Assembly: GCA_964399775.1 (NCBI GenBank)
Contig: CAYNSH010000006.1
Coordinates: 3,507-67,506 of the forward strand
DNA: 64,000 bases
Reading direction: 5' to 3'
Source of the DNA: an uncultured Verrucomicrobiota bacterium
GTDB lineage: Bacteria; Verrucomicrobiota; Kiritimatiellia; CAIQIC01; Lenti-01
Below, in pieces: positions 38,413-48,743 of the stretch (the stretch's first letter is position 1; each line of letters begins with the position of its first letter). The notes under the pieces are model-generated. The model worked only from the letters and a program-made list of their open reading frames with translations. It did no database searches and was not told the origin of the DNA. The translations under genes and the position numbers were made by a program.

Positions 38413-39266
38413 TGCGCATGGCGAAGAATCCATTTCCCAAGGCGCCCGTGAAGGCGGTGAAAGCGGGCCGGGTCCGCTTCGGCGGCGGCGCTCCGCTGGC
38501 GTTGATGGCCGGGCCCTGCGTGATCGAAAGCCGCGACATGGCCTTCGACTTGGCGGCGCGACTCTCCGCGCTGGCCCGAAAGGAGCGCATTCCGCTCGTC
38601 TTCAAGGCTTCCTACGACAAGGCCAACCGGACCAGCGCAAAGGCGTTTCGCGGTCCCGGCCTGGCCAAGGGGCTGGACATCCTGGCGGCGATCAAGGCCA
38701 CATTCAACGTGCCGATCCTGGTGGATGTGCATCAGGTGTCGGACGTGACGCCGGCGGCGGAAGTGGCCGATATTCTTCAATTGCCGGCCTTCCTGTGCCG
38801 CCAGACGGACCTGGTGCTGGCCCTGGGCGAAAGCGGCCGGGTGGTGAACATCAAGAAGGGCCAGTTTCTCGCCCCGTGGGACATCCGCCACGTGATTGAA
38901 AAAGTGGAACGCACGGGCAATCGGAACATTCTGCTGACGGAACGCGGCGTGAGTTTCGGATACAACAACCTGGTGGCGGATTTCCGTAGTTTGCTGATCA
39001 TGCGCCAGTTTGGCTATCCGGTGGTGTTTGATGCCACCCATAGCGTGCAGCTTCCGGGCGGGCGGGAGGAGGGCACCGGGGGCGATGGCCAGTGGGCGCC
39101 CTATCTGTCGCGGGCGGCGGTGGCCGTCGGCTGCGACGCCCTGTTCTGGGAAACGCACCGGAATCCGCCCAAAGCGAAATCGGACAAGGACAACGCGCTG
39201 CCCCTGGGGTCCCTGGCCCCGCTGTGGCGCCAGTGCCGGAGGATCGATGAACTGTTCCGCCGGTAG
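38412..39266 (+). CDS. kdsA: 3-deoxy-8-phosphooctulonate (KDO-8-P) synthase
   Basis: LMAGPCVIESRD...VFKASYDKANRTS...LQLPAFLCRQTDL...VNIKKGQF...DATHSVQLPGG. Alternative starts are TTG 38409 and ATG 38418. Confidence 0.9.
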   Translation: MRMAKNPFPKAPVKAVKAGRVRFGGGAPLALMAGPCVIESRDMAFDLAARLSALARKERIPLVFKASYDKANRTSAKAFRGPGLAKGLDILAAIKATFNVPILVDVHQVSDVTPAAEVADILQLPAFLCRQTDLVLALGESGRVVNIKKGQFLAPWDIRHVIEKVERTGNRNILLTERGVSFGYNNLVADFRSLLIMRQFGYPVVFDATHSVQLPGGREEGTGGDGQWAPYLSRAAVAVGCDALFWETHRNPPKAKSDKDNALPLGSLAPLWRQCRRIDELFRR

Positions 39267-39270
39267 CCGA

Positions 39271-39735
39271 ATGCGCCGCCTCCTGATGCTGGCCTTGGCG
39301 CTGGGGTGGGTCCCGGTGGCGCGGGCGCAGATCGAAGGCCAGACGGTGAGTGGCTTCCGCCTGCCGGAATATGATGAGGACGGCCAACTCAAGCAGCAGC
39401 TCTTTGGCGAGACCGCCACGTTCCTCCAGGATGGGATCATCAAGCTGACCGGCCTGCGGCTGGAAATCTTCAGCGACGGCGAAGTGACGGCGCGCGTGTT
39501 TTCACCCGGATGCGCCTATGATTCCAATCGTCGCCGGGCGGCCTCCCAGGAGCATATTCGCATCGTGGCCCGGGGCGCCGTGGTGACCGGCGATGGGTTT
39601 GCCTGGAACGGCGACAACGAACAGTTCCAGATTTTCCGTAACGCAAAAGTGGTGCTGGATGCGCAGATGGACCGGGGCCTGGTGGAGCCGCGGTCCTCGC
39701 CGCCGGCGGATCCGGAACCACCGGATCCGGAATAG
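39271..39735 (+). CDS. LptC-like periplasmic LPS-export protein
   Basis: Signal/anchor MRRLLMLALALGWVPVARA and an OstA-like beta-jellyroll pattern, sitting immediately upstream of lptA-lptB. The call rests mainly on position. Confidence 0.5.
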   Translation: MRRLLMLALALGWVPVARAQIEGQTVSGFRLPEYDEDGQLKQQLFGETATFLQDGIIKLTGLRLEIFSDGEVTARVFSPGCAYDSNRRRAASQEHIRIVARGAVVTGDGFAWNGDNEQFQIFRNAKVVLDAQMDRGLVEPRSSPPADPEPPDPE

Positions 39736-39744
39736 GAAATAGGC

Positions 39745-40266
39745 ATGAACAACATGGCAAAATGGCGTGGATTGGCCCTGGCCGCTCTTCTGCTGGCCGG
39801 ACGGCCGGCGCAGGCGGCGCTCGAGGATGACGGTCGCTCGCTGGAGGCGTCCGAACAGGCGACGGTGATCACGTCCGACAAGCTGACGTTCGACTACATC
39901 CAACGGTTTGCGCTGTTCGAGAACAATGTCCAGGTGAACGATCCGCGCATGCAGATGACGGCGGATCGGCTGACGATCATTTTCACGGAAGATGGCGGTG
40001 CGCAGACGATCAAGGCCGAGGGCAAGGTCCTGATGACGCAGGATGACAAGCGCGCGCGGGCGGACGAAGCCATTTATGACGTGATTTCGGGACGGATCGT
40101 TCTGGCCGGGGGACCGCCCCAGGTCATGCAGGGCCGCAACATCCTGGAGGGCGATGTGATCACCTTCTGGCGCGACCAGCAACGCGTGGTCTGCCGCCCC
40201 CGGGCCCGGCTGGTCATCTATTCCGAGGAAACCGAAGGGGCCGATTCCTTCTTCAAACCGCAGTGA
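39745..40266 (+). CDS. lptA: LPS transport periplasmic protein LptA (OstA-like)
   Basis: Signal peptide; ITSDKLTFDY...FENNVQVNDPRMQMTADRLTIIF...KAEGKVLMTQDDKRARADEAIYD...IVLAGGPP. Confidence 0.75.
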   Translation: MNNMAKWRGLALAALLLAGRPAQAALEDDGRSLEASEQATVITSDKLTFDYIQRFALFENNVQVNDPRMQMTADRLTIIFTEDGGAQTIKAEGKVLMTQDDKRARADEAIYDVISGRIVLAGGPPQVMQGRNILEGDVITFWRDQQRVVCRPRARLVIYSEETEGADSFFKPQ

Positions 40267-40402
40267 ACGTGTCGATCCGGCCGCCCAGCCCCTGTTTTCG
40301 CCATCCGGCCGGACCTCCCGGCATGACGTCGGATCGCTCGGGATTGTCGCTTGCCATGCCTGTTCGGGAGGTCTATATTGCCTTTGTGGAAAGGTACCGG
40401 CA

Positions 40403-41146
40403 GTGACCCAGCCCGCGGGAACCGACATGTTGGTCGAGACCAGAGGGCTCGTGAAGGAGTATAGTCGCCGTCGGGTCGTCAACGGCGTGGACATGAATGT
40501 CCGCCAAGGAGAGATTGTCGGCCTGCTGGGACCCAATGGCGCGGGCAAGACGACCAGTTTCTACATGATCACGGGGCTGATTGCCCCCACCCGCGGGCGG
40601 GTGTTTTTCCAGGGACGGGATATCACGCGGCTGCCCATGTTCCGCCGGGCGCGCATGGGGCTGGGCTACCTGGCCCAGGAACCCAGCATCTTTCGCAACC
40701 TGACCGTGGAAGAGAACGTCATGGCCATTCTCGAAACGCTGCCCATCGGATTGCGCGAGCGCCGCCGCCGCCTGGCCTACCTGCTGGAAGAACTCAAGAT
40801 TTCCTATCTTGCCAAGCAGAAGGCCTACACCCTGAGCGGCGGGGAGCGGCGCCGGCTGGAAATCACGCGCGCCTTGGTGACGGATCCCAGCCTGATCCTG
40901 CTGGATGAGCCGTTCAGCGGCGTGGATCCGTTGGCGGTCTATGACGTGCAGCAGATCATTCGCGATCTCAAGCAGCGCGGGCTGGGGATTCTGATCACCG
41001 ACCACAACGTGCGCGAAACGCTTTCCGTGGTCGACCGGGCCTATGTCATCTATTCCGGAGAGGTGCTCACCCAGGGCACCCGCGAGTTCCTGATCCATGA
41101 CCCCCAGGCGCGCGAAAAATACCTGGGCAAGGAATTCAGCATGTGA
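40403..41146 (+). CDS. lptB: LPS export ABC transporter ATP-binding protein LptB
   Basis: GLLGPNGAGKTTSFYMI, LSGGERRRLEITRAL and LLDEPFSGVDP. GTG start at 40403, or ATG at 40427. Confidence 0.9.
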   Translation: MTQPAGTDMLVETRGLVKEYSRRRVVNGVDMNVRQGEIVGLLGPNGAGKTTSFYMITGLIAPTRGRVFFQGRDITRLPMFRRARMGLGYLAQEPSIFRNLTVEENVMAILETLPIGLRERRRRLAYLLEELKISYLAKQKAYTLSGGERRRLEITRALVTDPSLILLDEPFSGVDPLAVYDVQQIIRDLKQRGLGILITDHNVRETLSVVDRAYVIYSGEVLTQGTREFLIHDPQAREKYLGKEFSM

Positions 41147-41198
41147 ACCGGCCAACGGGCAAACAACCACCAGCAACACCAAAACGAAAGGATCCCCC

Positions 41199-41537
41199 AT
41201 GGACATCCAAATCACGGGACGCAGTGTGACGGTGAACGAAGGATTGAAAGAGTATGTGGAGGACCGACTGGGCTCGATGTTGGTCGCCTATCCACGGGTC
41301 GAGGACTGCCACGCGATCCTCTCCCATGAGAAATACCGCTTCACGGCGGAGGTCATCGTGCATGGACGCGACAAGTTGCGCGAAGTCGCCCAGGAAACCA
41401 GCGACGACATGTATGCGGCCATCGATGCGGCCACCGAAAAGATGAACACGCAGTTGCGCAAGTTGCGCGAAAAAATGATCGAGCGCCACCACGAACGCCA
41501 GCGCCTGACGGACGTGGAACCGGTGCCGGACGTCTAG
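41199..41537 (+). CDS. hpf: Ribosome hibernation promoting factor (short HPF/RaiA type)
   Basis: MDIQITGRSVTVNEGLKEYVEDRL...AEVIVHGRDKLREVAQETSDDMYAAIDAATEKMNTQLRKLREK. Confidence 0.85.
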   Translation: MDIQITGRSVTVNEGLKEYVEDRLGSMLVAYPRVEDCHAILSHEKYRFTAEVIVHGRDKLREVAQETSDDMYAAIDAATEKMNTQLRKLREKMIERHHERQRLTDVEPVPDV

Positions 41538-41593
41538 GAAAACTCGGCGGGGCCGGTGCAATCCGGCCCCGCCCCAGGAAGTCAGGAAACCCC

Positions 41594-42544
41594 ATGTGGA
41601 GGACGGCCGAAAGCCCCCAGATCACCGTGGCCGACTTTTTCGCCGCGGGGCGCGAATCGCTCCAGATGGATTGGGAGGCCAACGAGGAGAAGGCCGTCGG
41701 GCGCGAAATCTCCGAAGTGGCCCTGAATCGCCCCGGCCTGGCCCTGGCGGGTTTTCGGCGCTATTTCGCCTATCGGCGGGTTCAGGTGCTCGGGCTGGCG
41801 GAGACCACCTACTTGGCCAGTCTGCCCGCGGCGGAACGGCTCCGCCGCTTCCGCATCTTTCGCGGCGTGCCGGCGGTGGTCTTTTCGCGCAATCGCCACA
41901 TGCCGGCCTATGCCCGGAAGGTCGCCGCCGAATTGCGCATACCGGTCATGCGCACGCAGCTCGTCACGGGCCATTTCATGAATGCCGCGACGGTGCTGCT
42001 CCAGAACCTGACCAGTCCGCGCATCCGGGTGGCCGGCACCATGGTCGAAATCAATGGGGTGGGCGTGCTGCTCGAGGGCGAGCCGGGCATCGGGAAAAGC
42101 GAAATCGCCCTCGCGCTGATCAAGCGCGGACACAGTCTCGTGGCGGACGATACCACCATCCTGACCCGCGACAGCACCGGGATCATCCATGGCTCGGCGG
42201 TCGAAATCACGCGCGAACACATGGAAATCCGCGGTTTGGGCATCATTCACGTGCCGCGGCTGTTTGGCGTGTCCTCGATGCGCGGCAGCATGCGCCTGGA
42301 CATGATCATTCGCATGAGCAAGCCGCTCCATGACGAAGACATCGATCGCACGGGACTGGACACGGCCAGCCGCAATGTGCTAGGCATGGAGGTGCCTCTC
42401 GTCACGGTGCCCGTGGCGGCAGGACGTGACTTGACCAACGTGGTGGAGGTCGCGGCCCTCAACCAGCGCCTGAAGCAAATGGGCCACGACTCCGCCCGCG
42501 AATTAGACGAGCGCCTCAAGGCCATGCTGGCGCGGAAGGATTGA
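41594..42544 (+). CDS. hprK: HPr kinase/phosphorylase
   Basis: GVGVLLEGEPGIGKSEIALALIKRGHSLVADD...MEIRGLGIIHVPRLFG. Confidence 0.9.
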   Translation: MWRTAESPQITVADFFAAGRESLQMDWEANEEKAVGREISEVALNRPGLALAGFRRYFAYRRVQVLGLAETTYLASLPAAERLRRFRIFRGVPAVVFSRNRHMPAYARKVAAELRIPVMRTQLVTGHFMNAATVLLQNLTSPRIRVAGTMVEINGVGVLLEGEPGIGKSEIALALIKRGHSLVADDTTILTRDSTGIIHGSAVEITREHMEIRGLGIIHVPRLFGVSSMRGSMRLDMIIRMSKPLHDEDIDRTGLDTASRNVLGMEVPLVTVPVAAGRDLTNVVEVAALNQRLKQMGHDSARELDERLKAMLARKD

Positions 42545-42588
42545 TGCGAGTGAGCCAGGAACATACAGCCGCCTCGGGAGATGCCGGC

Positions 42589-42855
42589 ATGCGGGCGCGG
42601 GATGTGGTGGTGCAAAACCGCTACGGCATCCATGCGCGCCCCGCCGCCTTGCTGGTGAAAACCGCGACGCGTTTTTCCAGCGAGATCCTGCTCGAAAAGA
42701 ATGGTGTCAAGGTGAATGCCAAGAGCATCATGGGCCTGCTGACCATCGAGGGAAATCACGGGGCCAGCCTGCGGATCCTGGCCAAGGGGCCCGATGCGGC
42801 CGAAGCCATCCAGGCCTTGGCGGAGCTGTTCGAACAGAAATTCTTCGAGGATTGA
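42589..42855 (+). CDS. ptsH: Phosphocarrier protein HPr
   Basis: NRYGIHARPAALLVK (His-15 site) and NAKSIMGLLTI (Ser-46 site). The Met at 42589 gives a standard 88 aa; the alternative start ATG 42544 overlaps the hprK stop. Confidence 0.85.
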   Translation: MRARDVVVQNRYGIHARPAALLVKTATRFSSEILLEKNGVKVNAKSIMGLLTIEGNHGASLRILAKGPDAAEAIQALAELFEQKFFED

Positions 42856-44636
42856 GGATGCCAGCCGAGCCGGCGCACCGGGAGAAGGAGTTCCAGGGAA
42901 TCGGCGGCGCTCCGGGGGTGGTGGCCGGGCCGGTGCTGCTCATCCAGGCCTCCGATGAGCCCTTGCCGGAATATGCCATCCCGGCCGAGGAGGTGCCCCG
43001 CGAAATGATTCGCCTGGAAGCCGCCTTGATCGAAACCCGTCGCCAGCTCGGCGAAATCCAGCAGCGCGTCAACCAGGCCATGGGCGCCGAAAGCGCGGGC
43101 ATCTTCGAGGCCCACTTGCAGGTGGTCGATGATCCATCCTTCATTGAAGAGATTTATCACGAGGTCCGCAACCGGCGCAAAAACATCGAGTCCGTCCTCT
43201 CGGGCGTTTCCGAGCGCTATGCCCAGACCCTGATGCAGATGGAGGACGACTATCTGCGCGAGCGCGCGACCGACATTCGCGACGTCACTCGCCGCATTGT
43301 GCGCAACCTGACCGGCGGCGGGCGCGACCTGCTCGCTGGCCTGGAGTCGCCGCGGGTCCTGGTGGCCCACGACATCGCCCCCTCGGACATCGCCGCCTTC
43401 GACCGCCGCAAGCTGCTGGGACTCGTCACAGAGCTGGGCAGTCCGACCTCGCACACCGTCATCATGGCCCGGGCGATGGACCTGCCGGCCGTGGTCGGGC
43501 TCTCCGGCATTTGTTCCGAACTCGCCGACGGCGACCGCGTGGTCCTCGATGGCGTGCGGGGCCGGTTGATCGTTCACCCCACCTCGCGCTGCGAGGAGGA
43601 GTTTGACCGCATTGCCCGCACCCGGGCCGTGATTCAGCGGCGCCTGGACGGGTTGATCGATGTGCCGGCCGCAACGGCCGATGGCCGCCCCATTGAGCTG
43701 TCGGCCAATATCGAATTGCCCTCGGATGTGCCGGCGGTGCGGGCGCGCGGCGCGCGGGGCATCGGCCTGTTTCGCAGCGAATACCTCTTTTTGGCCAATT
43801 CCGGCAATCCCAGCGAAGAGCAGCAATACCGGGCCTATGCGGAAGTGGCCCAGAAGATCATGCCCGACCCGGTGATCATTCGCACCCTCGATCTCGGCGG
43901 CGACAAACTGCTGGCCGGGGCCAAGGCGACGGCGGAAGCCAACCCGTTCCTGGGGTGGCGGGCGATTCGCCTGTGCCTGGGCCGCCCCTCGGTCTTCAAG
44001 GCCCAGCTCCGCGCCATCCTGCGCGCTTCGGTCCACAATCCGCGGTTGCGCATCATGTATCCCATGATCAGCAGCGTGACCGAGTTCGATCAGGCCCAGG
44101 TGGTGCTGGAAGACTGCAAGGCCGAACTGCGCGCCGAGGGGACCGACTTCAATCCGGACATCGACGTGGGCGTCATGATCGAAATCCCGTCGGCGGCGCT
44201 GACGGCCGACCGGCTCGCCCCCAAGGTCAAGTTTTTCAGCATCGGCACCAACGACCTGGTGCAATACACCCTGGCGGTCGACCGGGTGAACGAGCGGGTG
44301 GCCTATCTCTATGAACCCGCCCATCCGGCGGTGCTGGAACTGATCCGCATGACCGTCGCCGCCGGAAAGCGCCATGGGATCTGGACCGGCGTTTGCGGCG
44401 AAATGGCCGCCAATCCCCTCTTTGTTCCGCTGCTGCTCGGCCTTGGCGTGGACGAGTTCAGCGTCAGCCCCGGCGCGGTGCCGCTCGTCAAGGAGGTCAT
44501 TCGCCGCACCCCCGATGCCGAGGCCCGCCAGCTCGCCGAGGAGTCCCGCGGCCTGGCCAGCGGCGCTGAAATCCTCCAGCGTTGCCGCGACATGGTTCGC
44601 CGGGTCGCGCCGGATATGCTTGAATTGGCCGAATAA
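42852..44636 (+). CDS. ptsI: Phosphoenolpyruvate-protein phosphotransferase (PTS enzyme I)
   Basis: [21 protein letters not shown] (active His), [11 protein letters not shown] and [18 protein letters not shown]. Confidence 0.9.
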   Translation: MRMPAEPAHREKEFQGIGGAPGVVAGPVLLIQASDEPLPEYAIPAEEVPREMIRLEAALIETRRQLGEIQQRVNQAMGAESAGIFEAHLQVVDDPSFIEEIYHEVRNRRKNIESVLSGVSERYAQTLMQMEDDYLRERATDIRDVTRRIVRNLTGGGRDLLAGLESPRVLVAHDIAPSDIAAFDRRKLLGLVTELGSPTSHTVIMARAMDLPAVVGLSGICSELADGDRVVLDGVRGRLIVHPTSRCEEEFDRIARTRAVIQRRLDGLIDVPAATADGRPIELSANIELPSDVPAVRARGARGIGLFRSEYLFLANSGNPSEEQQYRAYAEVAQKIMPDPVIIRTLDLGGDKLLAGAKATAEANPFLGWRAIRLCLGRPSVFKAQLRAILRASVHNPRLRIMYPMISSVTEFDQAQVVLEDCKAELRAEGTDFNPDIDVGVMIEIPSAALTADRLAPKVKFFSIGTNDLVQYTLAVDRVNERVAYLYEPAHPAVLELIRMTVAAGKRHGIWTGVCGEMAANPLFVPLLLGLGVDEFSVSPGAVPLVKEVIRRTPDAEARQLAEESRGLASGAEILQRCRDMVRRVAPDMLELAE

Positions 44637-44683
44637 ACCAGTACAGTCCGCTTCTCAAATTGAATCCCCAGAAGGAGAGTTCC

Positions 44684-45877
44684 ATGTCGAAAAATACCGT
44701 GTTCACGTCCGAATCCGTCTCCGAAGGGCATCCCGACAAGGTGTGCGACGCCGTTTCGGATGCCATTGTCGACGCTTGCCTGGCCAAGGATCCCAAGAGC
44801 CGCGTCGCCTGCGAAACCCTGGCCAAGACCGGCATGCTGGTCGTCGCCGGCGAAATCACCACCAAGGCCATTGTGAATTATGCCGACGTGGCCCGGCGAG
44901 CGGTGATCGACATCGGCTACAACCATCAGGAATCCGGTTTTAACGCCAACATTTGCGCGGTCCTCGTCGCCATCGAAAGCCAGTCGCCCGACATCGCCCA
45001 GGGCGTGGATGCCCGCAAGGCCGAAGGCAAGGCCACCGCCGAACAGGGCGCCGGCGACCAGGGCATGATGTTCGGGTTTGCCTGCGATGAAACCCCCGAA
45101 CTGATGCCCCTGCCCATCGTGCTGGCCCACCGCATCATGCGCAAGCTGACCGATCTGCGCAAGGCCGGCGAGATGCCGTGGGTCCGCCCCGATTCCAAGA
45201 GCCAGGTCTCGGTCGAATACGACAAGGACGGCAAGCCCGTGCGCGTCGATACCATCGTGGTCTCCACCCAGCACGCTCCAAATGTCTCCAACAAGCAAAT
45301 CCGCAAGGAAATCATCGAGAAGGTCATCAAGACGTCCGTGCCGGCCAAACTGCTGGACCGGCGCACCGTTTATCACGTCAACCCCACCGGGCGATTCGTC
45401 ACCGGCGGACCCCAGGGCGACTGCGGCGTCACCGGGCGCAAGATCATCGTCGACACCTACGGCGGCATGGGCCGTCACGGCGGCGGCGCGTTCTCCGGCA
45501 AGGATCCCTCCAAGGTCGACCGCAGCGCCACCTACATGGCGCGCTATGTGGCCAAGAACATCGTCGCCGCCAAGCTCGCCAAGCGCTGCGAGGTTCAACT
45601 GGCCTACGCCATCGGCTATCCCGAGCCCGTTTCGGTCCATGTCGACACCTTCGGCACCGGCACCGTGGGCGACGACAAGATCGCCCAAGCCGTCCGCCAG
45701 GTCTTCGGGCTCAAGCCCGCGGAAATTATCAAGCAGCTCAACCTGCTCCGCCCCATCTACTCCATGACCAACCAGTACGGCCATTTTGGCCGCAAGCGGG
45801 GTGACAAGAACTTCAAGTATTTCACCTGGGAGCAGACCGACAAGGCCGCCGCACTGGTCAAGGCCCTGGCCAAGTAA
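44684..45877 (+). CDS. metK: S-adenosylmethionine synthase
   Basis: [16 protein letters not shown]...[12 protein letters not shown]...DTYGG...[24 protein letters not shown] lies 6 nt upstream of the ATG at 44684. Confidence 0.95.
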   Translation: MSKNTVFTSESVSEGHPDKVCDAVSDAIVDACLAKDPKSRVACETLAKTGMLVVAGEITTKAIVNYADVARRAVIDIGYNHQESGFNANICAVLVAIESQSPDIAQGVDARKAEGKATAEQGAGDQGMMFGFACDETPELMPLPIVLAHRIMRKLTDLRKAGEMPWVRPDSKSQVSVEYDKDGKPVRVDTIVVSTQHAPNVSNKQIRKEIIEKVIKTSVPAKLLDRRTVYHVNPTGRFVTGGPQGDCGVTGRKIIVDTYGGMGRHGGGAFSGKDPSKVDRSATYMARYVAKNIVAAKLAKRCEVQLAYAIGYPEPVSVHVDTFGTGTVGDDKIAQAVRQVFGLKPAEIIKQLNLLRPIYSMTNQYGHFGRKRGDKNFKYFTWEQTDKAAALVKALAK

Positions 45878-45898
45878 AGCCACGACCCGTTGCTTTCG

Positions 45899-45937
45899 AA
45901 ACAGGACGCCGCATCCGCGGCGTCCTGTTTCGTTTTT
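45899..45937 (+). terminator. Rho-independent terminator after metK
   Basis: 14-bp stem AAACAGGACGCCGC-ATCC-GCGGCGTCCTGTTT followed by CGTTTTT. Confidence 0.85.
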
Positions 45938-46109
45938 GCTCCCTGCCTTTGTCCACCACCGGGCGCTGCTTCGCATGGATCGCACACGGCAGGGGGGGGG
46001 GCTCGGGTAGGGCGAACCCTCCGGGTGAGCCGGGTTCGTCGAAAGCAGAGGTGGCGTTCCGTCGATGTGCCGCCTTGCTTTTCGGCGGGGCGGCCGCTAC
46101 AACTGCTGC

Positions 46110-47165
46110 ATGAAAACACTGATGTGGACCGGATGGATCGCGCTGTTGTCGGTGTGCCTGGCCGCGGGCCAGACGATATCCCGCAACCCTTATATTGGCG
46201 CTATTGTGATTGATGCCGCCGATGGCACCGTTCTTTTCGAGGACGGCGCCGACCGCCCGGGCTATCCAGCCAGCATGCTCAAGCTCATGGGGCTCTTTGT
46301 CGTATCCGACCGCATCCGGGACGGAGTGCACCGCCTGGACGAAACCGTCGCCGTCACCCGCGAGGCCGCCGAGATGGGCGGCACCCAGGTGTATTTGGAT
46401 ACGCGCGAGTCCTTCCCCCTCGAAGACATGCTCTATGCCATGATCGTCGCTTCCGCCAATGATGCCGCCATGGCCCTGGCCATCCATGTGGGCGGCAGCC
46501 GCGAAGGGTTTGTGGAGCTCATGAACCGGAAGGCGCGAGATCTGGGCCTGTCGCCCATCACCCGCTTTCAGTCGCCCCACGGCCTGCCACCCAAAGACCG
46601 CCGACCCGACATGACCACCGCGCGCGACTTCGCCATTCTCTGCAAGGCGCTGCTCGATACCCATCCGGACGTGCTGCGCTATACCTCCACCACCGATCGG
46701 GAATTCCGGCCCGAACCCAAGCTCTTCATGATGCACACCCGCAACCGCCTGCTGCGGACCCTGCCCGGTTGCGATGGCCTCAAAACCGGCTTTTTCCGCG
46801 ATGCCGGCTATTCCATTGCCTCCACGGTCCAGCGCAATGGCGCCCGCGTCATTGTCGTGATCCTCGGCAGCGAAGCTCGTCAGACCCGCGACGACAAAGT
46901 GGTGGAGTTGGTGAATCGCTATCTCCCCCAGGCCAAGCGCGCGGTTGCGGTCACGCCGCCGCCGCCCGTTCCCAGGCCGTCCCCCCCGCCGGTTCCCGCC
47001 CCCGTGGGCGTTGAAGACGATCCCGAAGACGACGAATCCATGCAGGAGGACCAGCCCAAGCCGTCCGGCAAGGGCGTCCGCATCGCGGTGTCCCTGCTCA
47101 TCGTGGGATTCGGCCTGGCCGCGGTCGTCATGGCGGTCCAGCGCCGCCTGCTCGTCCGCCGATGA
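46110..47165 (+). CDS. D-alanyl-D-alanine carboxypeptidase (peptidase S11, PBP5-like) with C-terminal TM anchor
   Basis: SxxK (ASMLKLM), SxN (ASANDAA), KTG (LKTGF), a Pro-rich linker, and the TM segment IAVSLLIVGFGLAAVVMAV. Confidence 0.85.
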   Translation: MKTLMWTGWIALLSVCLAAGQTISRNPYIGAIVIDAADGTVLFEDGADRPGYPASMLKLMGLFVVSDRIRDGVHRLDETVAVTREAAEMGGTQVYLDTRESFPLEDMLYAMIVASANDAAMALAIHVGGSREGFVELMNRKARDLGLSPITRFQSPHGLPPKDRRPDMTTARDFAILCKALLDTHPDVLRYTSTTDREFRPEPKLFMMHTRNRLLRTLPGCDGLKTGFFRDAGYSIASTVQRNGARVIVVILGSEARQTRDDKVVELVNRYLPQAKRAVAVTPPPPVPRPSPPPVPAPVGVEDDPEDDESMQEDQPKPSGKGVRIAVSLLIVGFGLAAVVMAVQRRLLVRR

Positions 47166-48214
47166 AGGCTGCGGACTTCGACTACGACCTGCCCCCCGAT
47201 CTAATCGCCCAGGCGCCGGCCGAGCCGCGCGACGGCTCGCGGATGATGGTGCTCCACCGCGCCGCCCGGACCCTGGAGCACCGGCGCTTTGTTGATCTGC
47301 CCGGGTATCTGCACCGCGGCGATCTGCTGGTGGCCAACGACACCCGCGTGATTCCCGCCCGGCTGTTTGGCCGCAAGACCAGGGCCGGCACCGGCGGCAA
47401 GGTGGAGTTTCTGCTCCTGGAAGAAACCGCCCCCGGGATATGGGAGGCGCTGATGCGTTCCCGCCGTCGCCCCGCGGTCGGCGAACAGGTCATGCTCGAC
47501 GAAGATCTGGCTGTGGTCACGATCTTGGAGGAGGGCGAAAAGGGGCGTGTGCTCATCCGCATCGAGTCCGACCGGCCCTGGCTGGAAGTCCTCGATCGCA
47601 TTGGCCAGACCCCTCTGCCGCCCTATATCCACCGCCCGAATCCGTCGGCCGACCTCCGCGCCGCCGACAAACTCCGCTATCAGACCATCTTCGCGCGCGA
47701 TCCAGGCGCCGTGGCGGCACCCACCGCCGGACTCCATTTTACCCCGGCGGTGCTGGATCGCCTGTCCTCCCAGGGGGTCGGCATGGCCACCCTGACCCTG
47801 CACGTCGGCATCGGCACCTTCCGGCCCGTCGACGTCGAAGACGTGGAGGATCACCGCATGGATTTCGAACGCTGGCGCATTCCCGAAGAGGCCGCATCCC
47901 GAATCCGCGGCACGCGCCAGGCGGGCGGGCGCGTGATCGCGGTGGGCACCACCAGCGTGCGGACCCTGGAAAGCGCCGCTGCCCGGCCCGGTGGCTTTGG
48001 CGCCGGTGATGGCCGCACCGACCTGTTCATCCATCCCCCCTATGACTTTTGCATGGTCGATGCGCTCATCACCAACTTCCACTTGCCCCGCTCCACGCTG
48101 ATCATGATGATCAGCGCCTTCGCCGGCCGCGAGTTCGTGCTGGAGGCCTATCGCGAAGCCATCCGCGAGCGCTACCGGTTCTACAGCTACGGCGATTGCA
48201 TGCTGGTTCTATGA
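47162..48214 (+). CDS. queA: S-adenosylmethionine:tRNA ribosyltransferase-isomerase
   Basis: FDYDLPPDLIAQAPAEPRDGSRMM...NDTRVIPARL...PLPPYI...YQTIFA...VAAPTAGLHFT...GTTSVRTLES. Confidence 0.95.
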   Translation: MKAADFDYDLPPDLIAQAPAEPRDGSRMMVLHRAARTLEHRRFVDLPGYLHRGDLLVANDTRVIPARLFGRKTRAGTGGKVEFLLLEETAPGIWEALMRSRRRPAVGEQVMLDEDLAVVTILEEGEKGRVLIRIESDRPWLEVLDRIGQTPLPPYIHRPNPSADLRAADKLRYQTIFARDPGAVAAPTAGLHFTPAVLDRLSSQGVGMATLTLHVGIGTFRPVDVEDVEDHRMDFERWRIPEEAASRIRGTRQAGGRVIAVGTTSVRTLESAAARPGGFGAGDGRTDLFIHPPYDFCMVDALITNFHLPRSTLIMMISAFAGREFVLEAYREAIRERYRFYSYGDCMLVL

Positions 48215-48585
48215 ACGCGGCCGAGCGCGAACAACTGGCGTGGCGGGCCGTTCGCGCACTGCAGCGCGAACTTCCCCCGGAAATTTCCGGCCCCGCCGCC
48301 GACATTCCCGTGGTCATGCTGCCCCGGCCCACCCGCGCCATGGTCCGGGATGACGGCCTCGAACCCGACCTCCTGGGACTCTTTGTCGGCCCATCCCGGA
48401 CCGACGAAGTCGAATCGGCGGACCCCCTGCCGCCCGAAATCCTTCTGTTTCTAGATAACATCTGGGAGGTCGCCGAAGGAATTCCCGATGCGTTCCGCGA
48501 AGAAGTTCGCGTCACCTATTACCACGAACTGGGCCACTACCTCGGCCTGGAAGAAGAAGACCTCGAAGACCGGGGCCTGGAGTAG
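48211..48585 (+). CDS. Small zinc metallopeptidase-family protein (HExxH)
   Basis: C-terminal YYHELGHYLGLEEEDLE; about 124 aa; ATGA overlap with queA. Confidence 0.65.
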   Translation: MNAAEREQLAWRAVRALQRELPPEISGPAADIPVVMLPRPTRAMVRDDGLEPDLLGLFVGPSRTDEVESADPLPPEILLFLDNIWEVAEGIPDAFREEVRVTYYHELGHYLGLEEEDLEDRGLE

Positions 48586-48635
48586 GCCCATCACGCCTGT
48601 TCACTTTCCCAGCCATCCTTATTACGAATCATAAA

Positions 48636-48743
48636 CATCACACTTAATTAACTCCGATGTTTTCTTGTTCAATTCAGCAACACAGCATTGATTGATTACG
48701 ATTTCACATAATTCTATAATCATCACAGTTAATTAAGTCCGAT
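48636..48743. promoter_or_regulatory. AT-rich promoter island: TTGATT(48692-97)-17 nt-TATAAT(48715-20) bracketed by two 23-nt repeats CATCACA[C/G]TTAATTAA[C/G]TCCGAT (48636-58 and 48721-43)
   Basis: Read directly. The hexamers are near-consensus sigma-70 with a 17-nt spacer. The repeats lie 85 bp apart, and the second starts immediately after the -10. Surrounding DNA is GC-rich. Confidence 0.45.

Noticed and set aside
44637-44683. Possible SAM riboswitch upstream of metK
   Set aside because: The intergenic spacer is only 47 nt and lacks the conserved SAM-I/II elements.
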